A DNA stretch of 32,000 nucleotides, from the NCBI RefSeq assembly GCF_000155895.1, contig NZ_DS995298.1, forward strand, positions 690,001-722,000. Direction: 5' to 3'. Both the position numbers and the translations under genes were made by a program. This DNA comes from Candidatus Pelagibacter sp. HTCC7211. GTDB taxonomy: Bacteria > Pseudomonadota > Alphaproteobacteria > Pelagibacterales > Pelagibacteraceae. The notes under the pieces are model-generated. The model did not search any database, was not told the DNA's origin, and saw only the letters and a program-made list of their open reading frames with translations. Positions within the stretch are counted from its first letter, which is position 1; every line of letters starts with the position of its first letter. Below, piece by piece: positions 16,949-24,122 of the stretch.

Positions 16949-18067
16949 ATGAAGATAGGCGTACCTAAAGAGATTAAACCTCAAGAAAACAGAATAGGAC
17001 TAACTCCTGAAAGTGTAAAGACGTTAGTATCTGAAGGTCATGAAGTTATCGTTGAAAACGACGCAGGATTTGAAGCAGGTTTTGATAATGAACAATACAC
17101 AAATGTTGGTGCTAAAATTGCTAACACCGCTTCTGACATATTTAATGATGCAGAAATAATAGTTAAAGTTAAAGAACCTCAAAAGGTCGAAGTAGATATG
17201 ATTAGAGAAAATCAAATCGTTTACACATATCTTCATTTAGCAGCAGCAAAAGAATTAACTGAAGGTTTGATTAAATCTAAAAGTATAAATATTGCTTATG
17301 AGACGGTAACGGATGACAATGGAAGATTACCATTACTTGCACCTATGAGTGCTGTTGCTGGTCGAATGTCAGTTCAAGCAGGCGCACATTGTTTAGAAAA
17401 AAATCAAAAAGGAAGAGGACTTCTTTTAGGTGGAGCACCAGGAGTTGATGGTGGAACTGTAGTCATTTTAGGTGGAGGAGTTGTTGGTGAAAATGCAGCT
17501 ATAATTGCAACTGGTATGCAAGCAAAAGTTCATATTGTTGATAAATCTGAAGCAAGATTAAAACAATTAGTTGAAATGTTTGGAGACAAAATTATTCCAG
17601 AGCAAAGTGATAAAATAGATTTGAATAAATTAGTTTCAGAAGCTGATCTTTTGGTAGGTGGGGTTTTAATTCCTGGAGCAGAAGCTCCAAAATTAGTAAC
17701 GCGAGAAATGATTAAATTAATGAAAAGAGGATCAGTTATAGTTGATGTAGCAATTGATCAAGGTGGATGTGTTGAAACAAGCAAACCAACAACACATGGT
17801 GATCCCACATATATTGTTGATGATGTTGTACACTACTGTGTAGCAAATATGCCAGGAGGCGTTCCAAGAACTTCAACACTGGCATTAAATAATGCAACAT
17901 TACCTTTTTTAGTAAAACTTGCTAACAAAGGTTATAAAAAAGCATTAAGTGAGGATAAAAATTTTTTAGCTGGATTAAATGTTCATAAAGGAGATATTAC
18001 TTATAAAGCAGTGGCTGAAGTTTTTGGTCATAATTATGTTGCTCCAGAAGAAGCTATTAAAAAATAA
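16949..18067 (+). CDS. ald: L-alanine dehydrogenase
   Basis: N-terminus MKIGVPKEIKPQENRIGLTPESV, Rossmann motif VVILGGGVVGENAA, and CVANMPGGVPRTST, all canonical AlaDH blocks. 372 aa. Starts 34 nt after the aminotransferase. Confidence 0.93.
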   Translation: MKIGVPKEIKPQENRIGLTPESVKTLVSEGHEVIVENDAGFEAGFDNEQYTNVGAKIANTASDIFNDAEIIVKVKEPQKVEVDMIRENQIVYTYLHLAAAKELTEGLIKSKSINIAYETVTDDNGRLPLLAPMSAVAGRMSVQAGAHCLEKNQKGRGLLLGGAPGVDGGTVVILGGGVVGENAAIIATGMQAKVHIVDKSEARLKQLVEMFGDKIIPEQSDKIDLNKLVSEADLLVGGVLIPGAEAPKLVTREMIKLMKRGSVIVDVAIDQGGCVETSKPTTHGDPTYIVDDVVHYCVANMPGGVPRTSTLALNNATLPFLVKLANKGYKKALSEDKNFLAGLNVHKGDITYKAVAEVFGHNYVAPEEAIKK

Positions 18068-18517
18068 TCAATAGTTATCTAAGATAATTTTTTTATTTTT
18101 TTCAGAAAAATAATCATAATTTAAAACAAAATATTTTTTTAATTCAAAATTTTTATTTTCATTATTTTTTGTTAAAAAAAATAAATTTAAAAAAGATTTT
18201 TCAAAATTATTATTTTTAATTTTTGAAAAATCATCAATGTATAATCTTTTATTCCAAAAATTAATATTAAGTAAATTTCTATTATTATTTTTTGCAAGAA
18301 GTGAGCTAATTTCATCACGTTCAAATTCATTTAAAAGAGATTTTTGTTCATAATTGTTGGGAAATTTTAGTAAAAAATTATAATCATAAGGTGTAAATTT
18401 CCAAAAATTATATTTTAGTGATTTTATTGGCACAAATAATATAAACAATGAAATCAGATTATATGTAATTAATGATATAAATATATATTTAAAAATTTTT
18501 TTATAATGAAAAACCAT
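18068..18517 (-). CDS. Hypothetical N-terminally anchored protein (149 aa, N/K/F-rich)
   Basis: A 149-codon ORF in very AT-rich DNA, where stop codons are frequent. One N-terminal TM (IFKYIFISLITYNLISLFILFV). No recognisable domain. Its stop abuts the ald stop and its ATG overlaps the ATG of the next gene. Confidence 0.5.
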   Translation of the reverse strand: MVFHYKKIFKYIFISLITYNLISLFILFVPIKSLKYNFWKFTPYDYNFLLKFPNNYEQKSLLNEFERDEISSLLAKNNNRNLLNINFWNKRLYIDDFSKIKNNNFEKSFLNLFFLTKNNENKNFELKKYFVLNYDYFSEKNKKIILDNY

Positions 18518-21500
18518 AATATTAAACTTTTAAATTATTTCAGTTTTTTAATCAAAGTATTATTATTTTCATTATTATCCGAATACACATTGGCAAACGA
18601 TGATAAGATAGGGACTGTAACAGAGATAAATGGAACTATAGTTGCAATTAATGATGAGTTAGAAGAAAGGGATTTATTGATACATGATCCTTTTTTTCTT
18701 AATGAAGAAATATTTGTAACTGAAGGTTCTTCCGCAACTATTCAATTTAATGATAGCACAACAGTTATTATGAAAGAACTTACATCAATAAATGTAAGTG
18801 AATTTGAAAATTCAAAAAAAAACCCAAAATTAAAAGCAGAGTTAGTAAAAGGAAAAATAATTATTGAATCTGGTTCCATTGCAAAAAAAGATAATGGTGA
18901 AATGATAGTTGGAGTGACCACTTCCTCACTTGGACTAAGAGGAACTAGAGTAGATATTGATTTAAAACCAAGTGGTAAATCAAATATTTCTTTAGCGAAA
19001 GATAGTTTTGGTAATGTTGGAGTAATAGAAGTAAATTCAGGAGGTCAAACCTCAAATATTACTTCTACTGAACAAGTTTTAGAAATTTCAGAAAATAACG
19101 AAACCACATCAAGAGATAAAACAGAGGAAGAAAAAGAAGAGGCAAAATCTGTTGGTGAAACTTTAATTAAATCTTCAAAAATAGATGAGGAAGAGATTAT
19201 TAAACAACTTCAACAAAAATTACAAGATGGAAATCTTCAAGATGCCAATAATGATGGTGTTGTTGATGGAAGTGATGTTGAGGTTACAAAAGAACAGATT
19301 ACGAATGAAAAGAAACAAAACATAGATTTTATTGTTGAAAATTCTAAAGATGAAAACACTGAATTTTTATCAGATGTAATCAATCAATCTGATGAAAAAA
19401 GTACAGTTGAAGTAATTGAGAAAATTATTGAAGGTAAAGATAATCTTGTCGAAGGGGTGGTTGAAAATCTATCCGACAAAGATAACAAATTTTTAACCTC
19501 TTCTACATCAGAGGGAGCTGGACTCATAAAAGAAAAAATTTTTGAAACTATAGTTGCTAAAGAAACTGATAAATCTGCAGCTATTTTAAGTAAAGTAATG
19601 GCTAAAGCTGATGACGCAACTGTAGCATCAGTTATAAACAATATTACTGAAAAAAATACAAATGAAGACTCCAAACTGTCATTAAAAGTAATGGCAGATT
19701 TTTCAGAAAAAAATCCAGAAAAACTAGAAACGCTATCTCAAAATAATGCAGATCAAATTGAGAAATTAACAATCTCAGCAGTTGAAAAAGCTGAGTCTTC
19801 TAAAGAAGATGCTGATTTAATTGCAAAAGTCGTTGCAGTTGCAAATTATGAATTGGTTAACAAAGTAGTCGAAGAAGTAAGTAAAAGTTCAACTGAAGAA
19901 AAACAGACTTTATCTGCACAAGTTTTAAAAGCTATTGTCGATAGCAATTCTGGTAAAATTGATATTATTAATGAAGATGTTAAAGACACTATGATTAAAC
20001 AAACAATCGAGTCAGCACAAAATCAGGCAGAAGGAACAGGAGTTCAAGTAAGTGAGGATATGACTAGTATCGTTTCTGACATTATTGTGAATACAGATAC
20101 AGAAACTGGCTCTAAAATGATTGAAGAATTAAATAATTCTGCGGCAGACAAAGATAATGATTTATCGTTAAAAGTTATCTCTGATATATCTGAAAAAGAC
20201 ACAACAAAATTAAATGTATTATCTGAAAACAATAAAGAACAGATTGAAAAGTTAACAGAAACAGCAATTAAAAATGCAGATGCCTCCGAAGAAAGTGCAG
20301 AGTTAATTGCAAAAGTCGTTGCAGTTTCAAGTGATGAATTGGTTAACAAAGTAGTCGAAGAAGTAAGTAAAAGTTCAACTGAAGAAAAACAGACTTTATC
20401 TGCACAAGTTTTAAAAGCTATTGTCGATAGCAATTCTGGTAAAATTGATATTATTAATGAAGATGTTAAAGACACTATGATTAAACAAACAATCGAGTCA
20501 GCACAAAATCAGGCAGAAGGAACAGGAGTTCAAGTAAGTGAGGATATGACTAGTATCGTTTCTGACATTATTGTGAATACAGATACAGAAACTGGCTCTA
20601 AAATGATTGAAGAATTAAATAATTCTGCGGCAGACAAAGATAATGATTTATCGTTAAAAGTTATCTCTGATATATCTGAAAAAGACACAACAAAATTAAA
20701 TGTATTATCTGAAAACAATAAAGAACAGATTGAAAAGTTAACAGAAACAGCAATTAAAAATGCAGATGCCTCCGAAGAAAGTGCAGAGTTAATTGCAAAA
20801 GTCGTTGCAGTTTCAAGTGATGAATTGGTTAACAAAGTAGTCGAAGAAGTAAGTAAAAGTTCAACTGAAGAAAAACAGACTTTATCTGCACAAGTCATGA
20901 AATCAATAGTAGAGACTAATCCAGAAAAAATAGAGACTTTAAGTTACAAAAATAAAGAGACTATAATTAACCAGACTATTGAAGCTGCTAAAAATCAAGC
21001 AGAAAATGTTATAAAAAATGATACTGATCTTAGTTCCGTAGTTTCTAAAATTATTATAAATTCAAATGAAAACACTTCATTAATAGTTTTAGAAAATTTA
21101 AATGATAAATCAGAAAAGACAAAATCAAGTTTATCACTTAATGTATTTAAAAACCTAGCAAAAGAAGAAAAATTTGAGGAAAAAATAGAGTCTATTTCTA
21201 AAAAATCTGTAATTTCTGAAAATGCTGTTGAAAAGCTGATTGAGAAATCTATTGACGATATAAAAGATAGTAAAGATATAACTGTGGTTAAAGATATAAT
21301 TAAAAAAGGGGGGGAATTTTTATCCAAAAAAATTGTAGAGATTGATAAAAAAACAAAAAATGAAAATAAGTCTAAAATTAGCAAGATTCTAGATAATATT
21401 ATTAAAGAAGATCCAAAAAAAGCCAAAGAAATTATTAAAAAAGAAAAAAAAAAAGAAATTCAAAAAAAAATTAAAAAACCTAAAAAAATTATAGAAATTA

Positions 21501-21535
21501 AAGACGTAATTGACACCAATATATCTGCAAATTGA
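18506..21535 (+). CDS. Large secreted FecR-domain protein with helical ~81/162-aa repeats and a poly-Lys C-terminal tail
   Basis: Signal peptide MKNHNIKLLNYFSFLIKVLLFSLLSEYTLA|ND. A FecR-like beta domain lies at aa ~35-150 (GTVTEINGTIVAIND…EIFVTEGSSATIQFNDSTTVIMKELTSINV…GLRGTRVDI). E/K/S-rich repeats starting LSLKV…/LSAQV… follow. The C-terminus is KKEKKKEIQKKIKKPKK. Confidence 0.85.
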   Translation: MKNHNIKLLNYFSFLIKVLLFSLLSEYTLANDDKIGTVTEINGTIVAINDELEERDLLIHDPFFLNEEIFVTEGSSATIQFNDSTTVIMKELTSINVSEFENSKKNPKLKAELVKGKIIIESGSIAKKDNGEMIVGVTTSSLGLRGTRVDIDLKPSGKSNISLAKDSFGNVGVIEVNSGGQTSNITSTEQVLEISENNETTSRDKTEEEKEEAKSVGETLIKSSKIDEEEIIKQLQQKLQDGNLQDANNDGVVDGSDVEVTKEQITNEKKQNIDFIVENSKDENTEFLSDVINQSDEKSTVEVIEKIIEGKDNLVEGVVENLSDKDNKFLTSSTSEGAGLIKEKIFETIVAKETDKSAAILSKVMAKADDATVASVINNITEKNTNEDSKLSLKVMADFSEKNPEKLETLSQNNADQIEKLTISAVEKAESSKEDADLIAKVVAVANYELVNKVVEEVSKSSTEEKQTLSAQVLKAIVDSNSGKIDIINEDVKDTMIKQTIESAQNQAEGTGVQVSEDMTSIVSDIIVNTDTETGSKMIEELNNSAADKDNDLSLKVISDISEKDTTKLNVLSENNKEQIEKLTETAIKNADASEESAELIAKVVAVSSDELVNKVVEEVSKSSTEEKQTLSAQVLKAIVDSNSGKIDIINEDVKDTMIKQTIESAQNQAEGTGVQVSEDMTSIVSDIIVNTDTETGSKMIEELNNSAADKDNDLSLKVISDISEKDTTKLNVLSENNKEQIEKLTETAIKNADASEESAELIAKVVAVSSDELVNKVVEEVSKSSTEEKQTLSAQVMKSIVETNPEKIETLSYKNKETIINQTIEAAKNQAENVIKNDTDLSSVVSKIIINSNENTSLIVLENLNDKSEKTKSSLSLNVFKNLAKEEKFEEKIESISKKSVISENAVEKLIEKSIDDIKDSKDITVVKDIIKKGGEFLSKKIVEIDKKTKNENKSKISKILDNIIKEDPKKAKEIIKKEKKKEIQKKIKKPKKIIEIKDVIDTNISAN
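19848..20895 (+). repeat. Perfect tandem direct repeat, period 486 bp (162 codons, in frame), about 2.16 units
   Basis: By direct reading, 19861-20346 is identical to 20347-20832. Identity at offset 486 starts at 19848/20334 and ends at the first mismatch, 20410(T)/20896(C). The flanks are diverged older copies of the same unit. Confidence 0.9.
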
Positions 21536-21537
21536 TT

Positions 21538-22857
21538 ATGCATCTTTCAAAAAATAAAAAATATCAATATACTTTTTTTTTACTAATATTTATTTATTCA
21601 ATATTTAATGGAGGCAATTCACCTTTATTAATTCAAATCAATTTTTTATTCATTAGTTTTTTTTTTATTTTTTGTTTAAAAGATAAAAATTACAATTCAC
21701 ATTTTAAATATTTTATTAAAGAAAACAAAATATCGATTAATTTTTATATTTTGTTTTTGTTTTATCTATTATTTCAAATATTACCTCTGCCAATTGAAAT
21801 ATTGAAATTTTTTTCTTCAGAAAAGTATATTTATTTAATTAATTTAAGTTCAGATTTTAAATATTCATCTATAAGTTTAGCTCCAACTAGCTCATTTTTT
21901 CAATTATTAAATTTTTGCTCAATGCTAATTTTGATATTTATCCTAAAGATGATTTTTTATAGGGAAAGGCACAAAAATAGATTATCTTTATTTTTATCAT
22001 TTATAGGCTTTTTATCATCACTCATTGCAACTTTTTTATTTTTAAGTGAAAATATTGAAATTTTAAATTTTAAAATTAACAATACTTCTAGTGCGTCAAC
22101 TGGTTTTTTTGTAAATAGAACAGTTTTTTCTGTTTTTTTACTATTTTGTCTAATATCCAGCTTAGATTATCTTGGAAACTCAAGAAATATTAGAGATAAT
22201 TTTTTAACTTGTGTTTACGTTAGACTATTTATTATTTTTATTGCAATTGCTCTAATCACAACGTTTTCTAGAATTGGAAATTTCTTACTTCTTGTAACTT
22301 TATTATATTATATGATTGATGAAATTTTCTTTAAAAAGAAAAAAAATAATATTTTTAGAAATATTATTTTGTTAATTATTTTAATTGATATTTTTATATT
22401 AGGAATTTATTTTGGTTCCTCACGTATTATAGATAGATTCAGTATTTTAGATAATGAGTTTGCTGAAATTCAAAATCTAGATGTTAATTTATCAAGATTC
22501 CAAATAATTAAATTTGCATTTTATCAAATATATGAATTCTTTATTTTCGGTTATGGACCAGGAAGTTTTGAATTATTATTTCAAGTTAAATTTCCTAATG
22601 TAACAAATTACTACGCTAATCACGCACATTCTGATTTAATACAGTTTGTTGGAGAGTTTGGGTTGATTGGCTTTACAATATTTCTATTATCAATCGCAAA
22701 TTATTTTATAAGATTAAAATTTAATTTTAAAAATAACTTACTTTTTATTTATTTATTCATTATTCTATTATTTGACTTTTCATTGCATATACCATTTATA
22801 CAATTTTTATTTGTAACTTTTCTAACTCTTAATCAAAAATTTATTAAACTATCTTAA
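21538..22857 (+). CDS. Wzy_C-domain polytopic membrane protein (O-antigen ligase / polymerase / O-oligosaccharyltransferase family)
   Basis: About 440 aa with at least 10 hydrophobic segments. The family motif sits in a late loop: YYANHAHSDLIQFVGEFGLIGF. The track start at 21532 is a TTG overlapping the upstream stop (TTGA); the first ATG is at 21538. Confidence 0.75.
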   Translation: MHLSKNKKYQYTFFLLIFIYSIFNGGNSPLLIQINFLFISFFFIFCLKDKNYNSHFKYFIKENKISINFYILFLFYLLFQILPLPIEILKFFSSEKYIYLINLSSDFKYSSISLAPTSSFFQLLNFCSMLILIFILKMIFYRERHKNRLSLFLSFIGFLSSLIATFLFLSENIEILNFKINNTSSASTGFFVNRTVFSVFLLFCLISSLDYLGNSRNIRDNFLTCVYVRLFIIFIAIALITTFSRIGNFLLLVTLLYYMIDEIFFKKKKNNIFRNIILLIILIDIFILGIYFGSSRIIDRFSILDNEFAEIQNLDVNLSRFQIIKFAFYQIYEFFIFGYGPGSFELLFQVKFPNVTNYYANHAHSDLIQFVGEFGLIGFTIFLLSIANYFIRLKFNFKNNLLFIYLFIILLFDFSLHIPFIQFLFVTFLTLNQKFIKLS

Positions 22858-23984
22858 GGTTCCCGATAAGTTTGTAAACCATTATTTATAATTGGGTTAT
22901 AGGACTTGAATAAGTTTGTTTGAGGAAGTAATAAGCTTATAGTTCTATTCCATTTTACTATTTCAGCTGGTGGTATAAAAATTATATCTCCTTTTTGTAC
23001 TTTAAATTTTTTACCAGCAATTAAATTTACTGGGTTTCTTATATCTAGTTGGAAAATATCAACTTCCAAGAATGACTCATATTTTTCTCTTATTATATAA
23101 ACCTTTTTAGCATTTGCAGTTAATTGATTTATTCCTACTGTGGACACTAATTCTGTCAATGTATAGTTCATATCAGGAAAATAAATACCTGGTTGTGTTA
23201 CTTCTCCAAACACATGAATTGAATTTGAATTTTTATCAATAAAAATTACATCATCTTTTTTTAGGTAAAAATTCTCTTTTTCATCTCTATTTTTAAATGT
23301 ATTTATTAAATCAATTTCATAGACTTTCCCTTCTCTTCTTAACAAACCACTAGTTCCAAAAAGTTTATCTTCAGCACTAGGGTTAAAGTTTGCCTGAATA
23401 GCAGCTTCTATTAATGATAATGGTTGTTGATTTAAAGTAATTGTTATCTGATTTCTTACAGCTCCAACAATATATACTTTATTACTATTAAATTCTGCAA
23501 TATTTATTTGAAGATCTGGGTTTTTATAAAAACTTTTAATAATTTGAATTAATAGATTTTGAGCTTCATTTAAAGAAAGTTCATTTATTTTGATTTTACC
23601 AATAAATGGTAGATCAATCATTCCATCTTGATCTATTTTATAAGATCCATCTAAATCATCTGTATCTGTTAAATCAATACTAACTGTGTCTGATGGACCT
23701 AATATATATTCATATCTATAATTATAAATTTCAGAATAATCTTTGATTTGTTTTTTATAATTATCAATTTGATTTTTACTATATTTTAAAATTTCATCTT
23801 TAGATAAATTATTAATGTTTATAATATTAATTTTTACATCATTAATCGAATATTCACTTGATTGTAATTTTTTATTAGGATTTTTTTTATTTGGACTTTT
23901 ATTAATACCCGGCAGAATAGTGCAATTGTTAAATAAAAATAAAATTAAGATTAATAAAAATGTTATTTTTTTTAAAATATACAT
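22854..23984 (-). CDS. wza: Outer-membrane polysaccharide export protein (Wza/Poly_export + SLBB domains)
   Basis: N-terminal signal with a Cys (…LFLFNNC), so possibly a lipoprotein. Poly_export block YILGPSDTVSIDL…DGMIDLPFIGKIKINELSLNEAQNLL. SLBB-like blocks VYIVGAV… and IHVFGEVTQPGIY…. Confidence 0.8.
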   Translation of the reverse strand: MYILKKITFLLILILFLFNNCTILPGINKSPNKKNPNKKLQSSEYSINDVKINIININNLSKDEILKYSKNQIDNYKKQIKDYSEIYNYRYEYILGPSDTVSIDLTDTDDLDGSYKIDQDGMIDLPFIGKIKINELSLNEAQNLLIQIIKSFYKNPDLQINIAEFNSNKVYIVGAVRNQITITLNQQPLSLIEAAIQANFNPSAEDKLFGTSGLLRREGKVYEIDLINTFKNRDEKENFYLKKDDVIFIDKNSNSIHVFGEVTQPGIYFPDMNYTLTELVSTVGINQLTANAKKVYIIREKYESFLEVDIFQLDIRNPVNLIAGKKFKVQKGDIIFIPPAEIVKWNRTISLLLPQTNLFKSYNPIINNGLQTYREP

Positions 23985-24122
23985 GTAATGAACTATTAAT
24001 ATTATAACTATAGTTTAATTTTATACAAAAAATTTGAGCTAATCTTAATTTTTTTTTGTATTATAATCAGTAAGTAACTGTATTTATTGAAATTTCTGTA
24101 AAAAGAAATAGATATTATATTA

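Noticed and set aside
248-17236. Other short antisense or nested ORFs in the track: 248-439, 6595-6876, 7569-7799, 8627-8947, 14697-14879, 15183-15395, 16282-16467 and 17024-17236. Further ones lie downstream at 24008-24190, 25061-25948, 27099-27359 and 28482-28685.
   Set aside because: Each lies inside or opposite a confidently identified gene, is short, and has an implausible composition. 24008-24190 and 27099-27359 merely bridge promoter regions into the 5' ends of wzc and the DMGDH-family gene.
19384-21426. Minus-strand ORFs of 96-143 aa (19384-19674, 20044-20475, 20530-20898, 20995-21426), two of them near-identical
   Set aside because: They are antisense shadows of the 1009-aa repeat gene. 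Their Ser/Leu/Phe-rich sequences are the mirror of its Glu/Lys/Ser codons, and their duplication simply reflects the 486-bp repeat. They have no motifs, whereas the sense frame has a signal peptide and a FecR-like domain.
21444-21470. Long homopolymer tracts as possible slipped-strand phase-variation switches. Examples: A11 at 21444-21454 and A9 at 21462-21470 in the repeat-protein tail; A10 at 24501-24510 and A11 at 25074-25084 in wzc; A10 at 4719-4728; T10 at 9953-9962; A11 at 29592-29602.
   Set aside because: In a genome this AT-rich, Lys is almost always AAA, so poly-Lys stretches automatically create A-runs, including in housekeeping genes such as the DMGDH-family enzyme. All tracts are in the in-frame ON state. 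Without population data there is no evidence of switching. The wzc tracts are worth a glance if read-level data exist.
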